Shown piece after piece: positions 8,518 through 17,045 of a stretch of DNA of 64,000 nt. Position numbers and translations under genes: made by a program. The notes beneath the pieces are model-generated. The model was not told where the DNA came from. It was given only the letters and a program-made list of their open reading frames with translations, and did not search any database. The stretch spans positions 324,288 to 388,287 of the forward strand of contig CAJWLK010000001.1 in assembly GCA_913043255.1 (NCBI GenBank), given 5' to 3'. This stretch comes from an uncultured Gemmatimonadota bacterium (GTDB lineage: Bacteria > Gemmatimonadota > Gemmatimonadetes > Palauibacterales > Palauibacteraceae). Numbering within the stretch: position 1 is the stretch's first letter; the number at the start of each line of letters is the position of its first letter.

Positions 8518-9680
8518 AGACAGCGGATGCAGTCATCATTGGGGGGGGGATCATGGGGGCCAGCGCCGCACACTTCCTTGCCAAGAACCGGTTCGGAAAG
8601 ATCGTGCTTCTTGAAGCAAAACATCTGGCAGCGGTCAGCACAGGTCATTCGGCTGCCAACGTCCGAACCTATTATACAAATCATATCACACTTGAGCTCG
8701 CTAAACGCGCCCTTCATATGTTTGAGGATGAGCATGACGAGCTCGGCGGCGATTGTGGATTCCAACAAGTGGGTTTTCTGCTACTGGTTGACCCCAACTC
8801 TCTCTCTGTGGGCAATCGCATTGTTGAGTTGGAGAGTAAGCACGGGCTCGATGTAAAAGACCTTTCGCCAGACGATATCCGAGAACTCGCACCCCAGCTC
8901 TCTCTTACCAACGTGGTCAAGGGAGTCTTTGAACCGCGTTCCGGGTATGCAGACCCTGTTAAGACAACACAGAGCCTAATCAGTCGTGCAGAAGAATGGG
9001 GCCTAAAAGCATACCAGGGGAGCGCTGCAACAGGGATTCGCAAAAAGGCAGGACAAATCACTGGAGTGGAGACCTCAGACGGAGCAATCGAAACTCCCGT
9101 CGTCATCAATGCGGCAGGGGCTTGGGCCGGACACATCGATTCGTGGCTTGACGTCAAAACTTCACTTCGATGGAGTCGCGAGAGTGACCTGTTTGTTGAG
9201 ATGCCCGCGGACTTTGGACCTCTCCCGGTGGTTTCCGACCCATACCATCGATCTTACTTCCGCCCGCACTCCCAAAACAGAATTATGGCAGGATTGGGAG
9301 CACCCAAGGAGATAGAACCCTTACACCCGGATGATTACGACTCCAGCTTAGACCCAAAAACACGACAACGTATCGAGCAGCCTTTATTTAAAAGGGTTGC
9401 TGCCTTAGAGACGGCAAAGCATTTGGGAGGCTACGCTTCGATTTATACGATCACCGATGACTGGCACCCAATTGTAGGAGCTCGACCGGAAGTGGAGGGT
9501 TATTTTGCATTCTTCGGAGGTAGCGGTCATGGCTTTAAGCTTGCGCCACCAATTGGCGAAGCACTCGCCAGCATTATCTGCGGAGAGAGCCCGGCCATCG
9601 ACATTAAGGCGTTCAGACCAGAACGCTTCATTGAAGGAGAACCCATCACGTCCGCTTGGGGTGAAGGTAACCGCGGGTAA
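8514..9680 (+). CDS. FAD-dependent oxidoreductase (DAO family, sarcosine-oxidase-beta / glycine-oxidase-like)
   Basis: 388 aa. The N-terminal GxGxxG motif is AVIIGGGIMGASAAHFLA. It overlaps the hyuB stop by ATGA. The C-terminal fold is DAO-like. Confidence 0.8.
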   Translation: MKTADAVIIGGGIMGASAAHFLAKNRFGKIVLLEAKHLAAVSTGHSAANVRTYYTNHITLELAKRALHMFEDEHDELGGDCGFQQVGFLLLVDPNSLSVGNRIVELESKHGLDVKDLSPDDIRELAPQLSLTNVVKGVFEPRSGYADPVKTTQSLISRAEEWGLKAYQGSAATGIRKKAGQITGVETSDGAIETPVVINAAGAWAGHIDSWLDVKTSLRWSRESDLFVEMPADFGPLPVVSDPYHRSYFRPHSQNRIMAGLGAPKEIEPLHPDDYDSSLDPKTRQRIEQPLFKRVAALETAKHLGGYASIYTITDDWHPIVGARPEVEGYFAFFGGSGHGFKLAPPIGEALASIICGESPAIDIKAFRPERFIEGEPITSAWGEGNRG

Positions 9681-9711
9681 CGAGGTCTTCTCGTGTTGTT
9701 TGAAAACAGTA

Positions 9712-9798
9712 TGCCGGGGGTGGGATTTGAACCCACACGGGGGTTACCCCCCTTCGGATTTTAAGTCCGATGCGTCTGCCGATTCCGCCACCCCGGCG
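9712..9798 (-). tRNA. tRNA-Leu (anticodon TAA), class II with long variable arm
   Basis: Reverse complement reads GCCGGGGTGGCGGAATCGGCAGACGCATCGGACTTAAAATCCGAAGGGGGGTAACCCCCGTGTGGGTTCAAATCCCACCCCCGGCA. It has a 7-bp acceptor stem, anticodon loop CT-TAA-AA, a long extra arm and a TPsiC GTTCAAATC. Confidence 0.85.
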
Positions 9799-9900
9799 TT
9801 ACATCTTCCAAGCTAAGTAACAACCCGCCAACTGCACACGTTTAACATATTTCAACCCTACTAACGTGACATCATCCCCTGCGGGCGATCAGGTCCAAAC

Positions 9901-11790
9901 TCAATACCCTCTTTGTTTATTTACAACGGATAGCAACGGCTCTCCCTTCGCAAAACGGCGTAGGTTCTCTCTAAATAGCAGCCACATACGTTCCATATGA
10001 CCATCACCATCCCCCCCTAAGTGTGGGGTGATAATGACGTTTGGCATTCCCCAAAGATCATGATTTTCCGGGAGCGGTTCGGGATCAGTCACGTCTAGAC
10101 CTGCCCCTAAAATTCGTCCCTCACGCAAAGCTGACATGAGAGCTTCGGTATCGACTGTTCCGCCCCTTCCGATATTAATTAAAAACGATGTTGGTTTTGT
10201 TCTGGAAAAAAACTCGTTGCCGAACAGTTTTTCAGTGGTGGGAGTAAGGGGTAGGCTGTTAACGATAACATCTGCTTCTGGCACCAAATCCAAGAGTTCT
10301 GACGCAAGGCCCACATACTCTACAAATGGTGGCCCGTGTCGGCTGCTACCCCGTGTGGCGATAACGCGCATGCCAATTCCGTTTGCTACGCGGGCCACTT
10401 CCGTGCCAATACCACCCAATCCAACTACTAAGAGCGTGCGCCCTCGCAGTTCGAGAAGTTCGCTCCCCTTTCCTATGTAGGGTGTCGCACCAGTTAAGGG
10501 AGTTATATCCCAACGACGTTTACGCTGTAGTTCTAGGGCTACATTTAGGCGGCGGCTCAGCATCAACACCATCCCCAAAACATGTTCTGCACCGCCCGGA
10601 CCGAAAATTCGCTGAGCATTAGATAAGACGACGTCGCTCTCGTTCAACCCTGGTATTCCCAGGTATCTCTCCACACCAGCAGAACTAAGCTGCACCCATC
10701 GCAAGTTCTGTGCCTCGTTAAAGATCTGCGGTGTTAGCCACCCTAGAACGGCATCAGCATCGCGTCCCAATTCAGCCGCTTCACTAGGGTCACCTGCTAC
10801 GACAACGTCGACCCCCGGGGCAACCAAAGCCAACTGCCCTGTCCGTCCTGGCCAAAGATCAGCCACAACGATTTTGGTGGGGCGGGTCCATCCCGGGCTT
10901 ACAGCTGTTGGAGAAGGGCCTTCTTGAAGCCCCAGATCATCTATAAAAGTTGTGGCAGGCCGGAGACCCACGAGTTCGTCGTATATTTTCCCGAAGGCAA
11001 ACTCCGATATTGCCCCAAAATCTTCTGGCTTCACAATGTCGAACACCTGTTTTCGATTCTTAGCATACCCCAGCGCATCAAAAAAACGTTCTTTAAGCTT
11101 CTCAAGCGTACTGCGAGTTTCGACGATGATTTCGGGACCCAGAACCTGCCCGTTACCCGCAACAACGATTTTAGGATTCATGCCTTCAAAGCGTTTCAGC
11201 GCTCGGATCCAACCCTCTATTGGTAAAAGAGATGGACTTCGACCGGAACCGACAAGATCACCGGCGAAGAGGACGCCAGAATCAGGAACGTAGACAGCGA
11301 GAGATCCACTTTCTCGATCGTTCACGTGGTGGAACTCCACGAGATGATGGGAGTCTTGGAGAATAGTTCCTGACTGAACCTCTAATACACTACCGGAGAC
11401 CACGGATGATACGTGTGTCGAATCAGCCATGTCCCCGCGTTTTTGGGGAGCAATAAAATCGGATTCCAAGGCCGTGAGCCAAACCACATCTGCAAAGTGA
11501 TCTTCTGATACCTTCTCACCACTCCCAAATGTGCGCACTCCAAAACGAATGGGTTTCCCCGAATAACGTCGGGCAATTTCGGCCACCCTCGGTTTCCCAT
11601 CTACAATCGTTTCATCAATTACGAGCACATAATCATCAAATTCGATCCACCCTGCATTTCCAGATAGGCCACCTGCCTGCGAAGGAGTGGTAAGTACAGC
11701 CACGTCATCAGCTACCCATTCGGGCACCTGGGAAGAAATCGGTGAAGTTCCAACCAATATCCATGCAAGCAGTATGATCGCGGGCTTCAT
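9901..11790 (-). CDS. signal-peptide-bearing fusion: N-terminal MBL-fold-like domain (degenerate metal motif) + C-terminal D-isomer-specific 2-hydroxyacid dehydrogenase (NAD-binding)
   Basis: 629 aa. The N-terminus MKPAIILLAWILVGTSPISSQ is signal-like. NAGWIEFDDYVLVID and HHVND...GVLFAGDL resemble MBL strands, but the canonical HxHxDH motif is replaced (TFGSGEKVSEDHF). The C-terminal half has GLGGIGTEVA (GxGxxG), a catalytic His in ITPHLGG and the D-2-HADH layout. Confidence 0.7.
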   Translation of the reverse strand: MKPAIILLAWILVGTSPISSQVPEWVADDVAVLTTPSQAGGLSGNAGWIEFDDYVLVIDETIVDGKPRVAEIARRYSGKPIRFGVRTFGSGEKVSEDHFADVVWLTALESDFIAPQKRGDMADSTHVSSVVSGSVLEVQSGTILQDSHHLVEFHHVNDRESGSLAVYVPDSGVLFAGDLVGSGRSPSLLPIEGWIRALKRFEGMNPKIVVAGNGQVLGPEIIVETRSTLEKLKERFFDALGYAKNRKQVFDIVKPEDFGAISEFAFGKIYDELVGLRPATTFIDDLGLQEGPSPTAVSPGWTRPTKIVVADLWPGRTGQLALVAPGVDVVVAGDPSEAAELGRDADAVLGWLTPQIFNEAQNLRWVQLSSAGVERYLGIPGLNESDVVLSNAQRIFGPGGAEHVLGMVLMLSRRLNVALELQRKRRWDITPLTGATPYIGKGSELLELRGRTLLVVGLGGIGTEVARVANGIGMRVIATRGSSRHGPPFVEYVGLASELLDLVPEADVIVNSLPLTPTTEKLFGNEFFSRTKPTSFLINIGRGGTVDTEALMSALREGRILGAGLDVTDPEPLPENHDLWGMPNVIITPHLGGDGDGHMERMWLLFRENLRRFAKGEPLLSVVNKQRGY

Positions 11791-12003
11791 GTAAACTCCT
11801 ACTTGGTCCTTAGAAGAGAAGGCGATTCAGGCTGCCCGTTGGACGCAGCCTAACTAATGGTGGGTGAAGCGGACTGAGTTGTCTCAGTGCAGACATTTTT
11901 AGACTATGGGAACAACTCCATGTCCGCTGATAGACAACTCCTAAATTGCCATCATCAAATAGCAATCACTGGAGAACCGCGCCACGCACTCTCCTGTCAC
12001 GGC

Positions 12004-12216
12004 TTAACGATCAGTTACCTCAACAAGCAAGATCACTAGTAGCGCAATTAGGACAGGTATTCCGATGAGCCAGTCCTGCCATTCGGGCATCTCCACCTCC
12101 GCCTTATCGATATCGACAACCAAAACCATACGAGATAAACATGCCCCTTCTTCGTGGAGCAGCGGTCGTTCCCCAACCTGCTTTAGTAGCTGCTCCAATG
12201 CAAAGACAGGAAGCAC
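12004..12216 (-). CDS. hypothetical small membrane protein (70 aa)
   Basis: ORF with a C-terminal hydrophobic helix (LIGIPVLIALLVILLV). It sits between dut and the fusion dehydrogenase on the same strand. No recognisable family. Confidence 0.25.
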   Translation of the reverse strand: MLPVFALEQLLKQVGERPLLHEEGACLSRMVLVVDIDKAEVEMPEWQDWLIGIPVLIALLVILLVEVTDR

Positions 12217-12247
12217 TTCGTCGTGCGTTTATCACCCAGGGGCAAAC

Positions 12248-12784
12248 CTACTCGATTCCAGTACTTCCTAAACCACCTACCCGATCCGTTGAAACCGAGA
12301 CCTCTCCTTCCTCCCAGTCAAATACAGCAAATCGGTTGAGGACAATCTGGGCGATGCGTTCCCCATGTGTAATTTTCACGGGGTGAGGTGAGGAATTGAG
12401 AACGAGGACAAACCATTCGTCTGGGTAATCAGCATCCACTGTACCTGGGGCGTTTGGAACGGTAAGGCCACACTTCCAGGCAAGCGAGGAGCGTATTCGG
12501 ATCTGCGCTTCATAACCCCTAGGAAGTTGAGCCCGAAAACCGGTCGGAATAAGGGCCCGGTCTCCAGGTTCGAGTATGATGGCCGGATCTGACCCAACAT
12601 CGGAAACGGGGGCTTCTTCTGATACAGCCTCTATCGCACTGCGGTGAATCTTGATCCGCCCACGTGTCAGGTGTGCTCTGACGTCGTAGCCGGCCGAAAG
12701 CTCTGTTGATCGAACTGGTTTCTGGACATCTGGAGCGAGGCTCTCAAAGACTACCCGTTCACTGGAGGAATTCTTCACCCGCAT
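12248..12784 (-). CDS. dut: dUTP diphosphatase (dUTPase)
   Basis: dUTPase motifs are present: SAGYDVRA, GDRALIPTG, IRIRSSLAWKCGL and GTVDADYPDE. The likely start is the internal Met at 12784 (MRVKN...). It abuts the FMN reductase stop. Confidence 0.8.
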   Translation of the reverse strand: MRVKNSSSERVVFESLAPDVQKPVRSTELSAGYDVRAHLTRGRIKIHRSAIEAVSEEAPVSDVGSDPAIILEPGDRALIPTGFRAQLPRGYEAQIRIRSSLAWKCGLTVPNAPGTVDADYPDEWFVLVLNSSPHPVKITHGERIAQIVLNRFAVFDWEEGEVSVSTDRVGGLGSTGIE

Positions 12785-13350
12785 CAGCTCCCCTGAAAGA
12801 GTCTGGCCCATTCTATAGCTGAGCTTATGAATTTTTCGAGGCGCTCGATAGCGGCTTCATCTGCCAGCTTAAAATCTTGACCGAAGAGTGAACTCGCCCC
12901 TCCCAAAAGCAGCCGAGGTTGCGGCATTACCCGTGCATTATTCGAGCCCAGACACTCCCGAAGCGCTCTCTGTGCTGCCGCTGTTCCTAGGGGACTAGGC
13001 GTTGTACCCATAATTGCAACCGGCTTTCCATCCCAAGCTTGAGGACGTGGTGGGCGAGACGCCCAATCGATCATGTTTTTCGTTACGGCCGACATGCCTT
13101 GGTTGTATTCAGGCGTCACAATGAACACTAGGTCAGAAGAATGAATTTTGCTCTTTAGAGTTAAAACCGAATCTGGGTCTCCGTCAGCCTCAAGGTCAGC
13201 GTTATAAAACGGCAACGGAGCCAAATTAAATACGTCAATCTCCAATTCCCTAGGCGATCGCTCAATCACAGCTCGCAGAAGGGCTTGGTTATATGAAGCG
13301 ACGCGAAGACTTCCCACGAACGCGAGGGCTTGAATCGTCGAATTGGTCAT
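12784..13350 (-). CDS. NAD(P)H-dependent FMN reductase family protein (flavodoxin-like fold)
   Basis: IQALAFVGSLRVASYNQALLRAV and LVFIVTPEYNQGMSAVTKNMIDWASRP match the NADPH-dependent FMN reductase family. The preferred start is M at about 13350 rather than the track start at 13410. Confidence 0.7.
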   Translation of the reverse strand: MTNSTIQALAFVGSLRVASYNQALLRAVIERSPRELEIDVFNLAPLPFYNADLEADGDPDSVLTLKSKIHSSDLVFIVTPEYNQGMSAVTKNMIDWASRPPRPQAWDGKPVAIMGTTPSPLGTAAAQRALRECLGSNNARVMPQPRLLLGGASSLFGQDFKLADEAAIERLEKFISSAIEWARLFQGS

Positions 13351-13676
13351 ATCATCTCCGTGAGAACCAACCTGCGCCATTTGTAACAAGTAAAACATAT
13401 TCCGAAACATAACTCATGGGATGGGCTGCCTCCTCCCTTCCTGTAGCTTAGCCAAAGTAACTAGCATTCTGCACAAGCCCTTCATGTCCATTCCACGAGG
13501 CACCTGCATGCTCGGGACTCTGGAGTCATCCGACGACCTGTGGCAACCTCAATCAGGAAAAAACGCAAAGAGATGCCAGCATTATACAGTAGAGATGTTG
13601 ACAGTGGCCTCCACCCCCCATTTCATCATTGTGATCGAATATACCCGGCTTATCAAACCCGTTCAGGAGAATCCTG

Positions 13677-16600
13677 ATGGACCGTCGCATCTCTTGTAAT
13701 CACAAAGCACGTTCTCGCCACCTTCTGATGATCACTGCATTTACCGTTGTCTTTTTCTCCATTTTCACCACACAACTAGTAGCACAGAACGTGATGCAAG
13801 AAGAAGAAAGCGACCCGACAAATGAGAATCTTCCTCTCGAACCAGATCGATGGGTTCCTATTGATATGACTGAAGGGAGTTGGATATCACTTGATGTGAG
13901 TCCCGACGGTCAAGCGATCGTGTTTGACTACCTTGGCGACCTCTTCACAATGCCGATCACAGGGGGCGCCGCGACCCAGATCACTTCCGGGATGGCATTT
14001 GACGCTCAGCCACGATTTTCTCCAGATGGTGCTCAGATCGTGTACAGCTCGGACCACGATGGCGGACAAAACATCTGGGTCATGTCATCCGATGGTTCGG
14101 ATCCCACCCAAATTTCTACGGGCAAGGCTAATCGCGCAGAGTCGCCCGAGTGGCTACCCGGTGGCGAGTATGTCATCGCTTCGATCGGAGATTTCCGCGG
14201 CGGAGCTCTCCCTAAACTGAAGATGTTCCACGTAGAGGGCGGTAGTGGGATCAAACTCATCTCAGAGCCTGACAATCTCAAGATGATTGGACCTGCAGTC
14301 TCACCCGACGGCCGGCATATCTGGTACTCCCGTAGGACAAGTGACTGGACCTACAACGCACAGTTTCCACAGTATCAAATAGAGGCATATGACCGAGAAA
14401 CAGGAGAGCGTTATACCAAGTCGGCTCGATATGGCTCGGCTATTCGGCCTACACTCTCCCCGGATGGTCGCTGGGTCGTGTTCGGTACGCGACACGAAGA
14501 CCAGACAGGGCTCATCCTCCGAAATCTCGAAACAAGTGAAGAGCGCTGGCTTGCTTATCCAGTCCAGCACGATGACCAAGAATCTCGTGCAACGTTAGAC
14601 CTCCTGCCCGGAATGTCGTTCACACCCGACTCTCAACATTTGATAGTCTCTTACGGTGGTAAGATTTGGAAACTTCCCATAGAGAACGGCGAAGTTGAAG
14701 AAGTCCCATTCCAAGTAAAATTCGATCTAGGACTCGGGCCTCAGGTAGATTTCGACTATCCTATCGAAGACACCCCAACATTCACCGTTCGGCAGATCCG
14801 GGATGCTGCACCTTCACCAAGCGGAGATCGACTGGCTTTCACCGCTCTTGACCGACTGTGGACATCTGCCTCGGATGGGTCCAATCCCGAGCGCCTAACC
14901 GATGAAGACATATCTGAACATTTTCCCGCATGGTCGCCTGACGGTGAGTGGATTGCCTACTCAACCTGGGATGGAGACGAAGGGCACCTCTATAAGACAC
15001 GAGCAAACGGGCGAGGAAATCCCATTCGCCTTACGGAGAAAGCCGCGACCTATTTCTCTCCAGCTTGGGGACCCGGTGACCGGATCGTAACTGTGCGGGG
15101 ATTTGTTCGTTCATTCAAGACACAAGGTGAGGGTGGCACTCCCGGTTCAGAGATCGTGTGGGTTTCGGCGAACCCCGATGGTGACACTGGAGGCGAAGCC
15201 AGGGTGATTGCACCAACCGATAGGCGCGCGAACCCACATTTTGTTGACGGTGTAGAACGCATTTACCTATTCCGTTCTCCAGACATATTGGTTTCAATCC
15301 GTTGGGATGGAACCGATGAGAAACAACATATCAAGGTGCGGGGAGCCACCCTTACCGGGGCAAGCCAAGGCTTGACCCCCACAGCCATCTGGATGGCACC
15401 ACGCGGCGATCAAGCGTTGGTAGAGCTACAACGTCAAATCTATTCAGTGACTGTCCCACAAGTTGGAACTGCCCCCACCATCAACATCACAGACCCTGAG
15501 AAAGCCTCCTTTCCATCCCGCCAACTAACCGACATCGGCGGCGAGTTTCCGACTTGGGAGGCCGATGGTCGTAGGATCCACTGGTCTTTAGGAAACGCGC
15601 ATTTTGTTTATGATCTCGATGACGCTCGAACTGTAGAAGACAGTGTGGCGGCAGCCAACGAAGAGGAGACCGATGACAAAGAACACGATGAACAGAACGA
15701 TAGCCACTATAAGGCGAGCGAGTTTCGTGTCTTAATAGAGGCACCCCGCGACATCCCAACCTCACTGGCGGTACTCCGCGGGGGACACGCTATCACAATG
15801 CACGACAACCAAGTTATTGAGAATGCAGACATTGTCATCCGAAACAACCGCATTGAAGCGGTGGGAATCCAAGGTTCAGTCAACGTGCCCACCGAGGCGG
15901 AGGTAATCGATGTTAGCGGGCGGTGGATTCTACCCGGATTCGTTGACACGCATGCGCACCTTAGAGCACGAGATGAACTGCACCGAAGCGATATATGGCC
16001 CTACTTAGCTAACCTAGCCTACGGAGTGACAACAACTCGAGATCCCCAGACAGGCAACACTGAGGTTTTGTCCTATGCAGATATGGTTCGGTCGGGTGCT
16101 GTGCTTGGCCCACGCGTCTATTCAACTGGGCCTGGCGTGATGTGGCAAGACGGCATCGACACCGCGGATGAGGCAAAAGACGTCCTCTCCCGATACTCAA
16201 ATTACTTCGACACCAAAACTATCAAGATGTATGTCGCTGCCGCACGCAAAGGACGACAACACATCATCATGGCCGCACGCGAGTTGGGTCTCATGCCTAC
16301 AACAGAAGGCTCACTTAACATCCGGCAAAATTTAACCGAAACGATCGATGGATATCCTGGACTTGAGCACTCCATCCCCATCTTCCCCGTCTACGGTGAC
16401 TACGTGAAGCTATTCGCTGAAACCGGGCGCGTGTACACCCCAACATTACTCGTCTCGTACGGTGGGCCATGGGCAGAGAACTACTACTACAGCAGGGAGA
16501 ACCCACACGACGATGTGAAGCTCAGGCGGTTTATCCCACATGATGAAGTCGACGCTCGCACGTTGCGTCGACCACAGTGGTTCCGAACAGACCAGCATGT

Positions 16601-17018
16601 CTTTGCTCGTCACGCAGAGTTCGTGAAAAACCTCGTTGAGGCCGGGGGGAAGGCAGGTGTAGGAAGCCATGGCCAACTTCAAGGGCTGGGATATCATTGG
16701 GAGTTGTGGAGTATGGCAGCTTCGGAACTCGACGAATATGACGCGCTACGGATGGCCACAATTTTCGGAGCTGATGCCATCGGCCTCGATCAGGATTTGG
16801 GCTCAATCGAACCAGGCAAACTCGCTGACCTCGTGATCTTGAGCGCAAACCCGCTTGATGATCTTCGTAACACGAATACCGTCAAGCAGGTGATGCTCAA
16901 CGGCCGCCTGTACGACGGCGACACGCTAAACGAACTGTACCCGCGCCAACGCCCTCTAGCACCACTCTGGTGGTGGGATGAAGAGCCTGACGGGGTACCA
17001 GGACTCCGGAGACCTTAG
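13677..17018 (+). CDS. secreted TolB-like PD40 beta-propeller repeats fused to amidohydrolase family domain
   Basis: 1113 aa with a signal-like N-terminus. Repeated SPDG/FSPDG...W propeller blades run through residues about 60-480. The C-terminal part has GFVDTHAHL (HxH metal motif) and the amidohydrolase TIM-barrel layout. Confidence 0.8.
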   Translation: MDRRISCNHKARSRHLLMITAFTVVFFSIFTTQLVAQNVMQEEESDPTNENLPLEPDRWVPIDMTEGSWISLDVSPDGQAIVFDYLGDLFTMPITGGAATQITSGMAFDAQPRFSPDGAQIVYSSDHDGGQNIWVMSSDGSDPTQISTGKANRAESPEWLPGGEYVIASIGDFRGGALPKLKMFHVEGGSGIKLISEPDNLKMIGPAVSPDGRHIWYSRRTSDWTYNAQFPQYQIEAYDRETGERYTKSARYGSAIRPTLSPDGRWVVFGTRHEDQTGLILRNLETSEERWLAYPVQHDDQESRATLDLLPGMSFTPDSQHLIVSYGGKIWKLPIENGEVEEVPFQVKFDLGLGPQVDFDYPIEDTPTFTVRQIRDAAPSPSGDRLAFTALDRLWTSASDGSNPERLTDEDISEHFPAWSPDGEWIAYSTWDGDEGHLYKTRANGRGNPIRLTEKAATYFSPAWGPGDRIVTVRGFVRSFKTQGEGGTPGSEIVWVSANPDGDTGGEARVIAPTDRRANPHFVDGVERIYLFRSPDILVSIRWDGTDEKQHIKVRGATLTGASQGLTPTAIWMAPRGDQALVELQRQIYSVTVPQVGTAPTINITDPEKASFPSRQLTDIGGEFPTWEADGRRIHWSLGNAHFVYDLDDARTVEDSVAAANEEETDDKEHDEQNDSHYKASEFRVLIEAPRDIPTSLAVLRGGHAITMHDNQVIENADIVIRNNRIEAVGIQGSVNVPTEAEVIDVSGRWILPGFVDTHAHLRARDELHRSDIWPYLANLAYGVTTTRDPQTGNTEVLSYADMVRSGAVLGPRVYSTGPGVMWQDGIDTADEAKDVLSRYSNYFDTKTIKMYVAAARKGRQHIIMAARELGLMPTTEGSLNIRQNLTETIDGYPGLEHSIPIFPVYGDYVKLFAETGRVYTPTLLVSYGGPWAENYYYSRENPHDDVKLRRFIPHDEVDARTLRRPQWFRTDQHVFARHAEFVKNLVEAGGKAGVGSHGQLQGLGYHWELWSMAASELDEYDALRMATIFGADAIGLDQDLGSIEPGKLADLVILSANPLDDLRNTNTVKQVMLNGRLYDGDTLNELYPRQRPLAPLWWWDEEPDGVPGLRRP

Positions 17019-17045
17019 GTCTCGAGTGTAGTAAATGATTTCGGT

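Noticed and set aside
13421-13699. 92-aa ORF just upstream of the PD40-amidohydrolase gene
   Set aside because: It has no RBS and no recognisable fold. It probably lies in the promoter/5' UTR of the large gene, and its only support is being an open frame.
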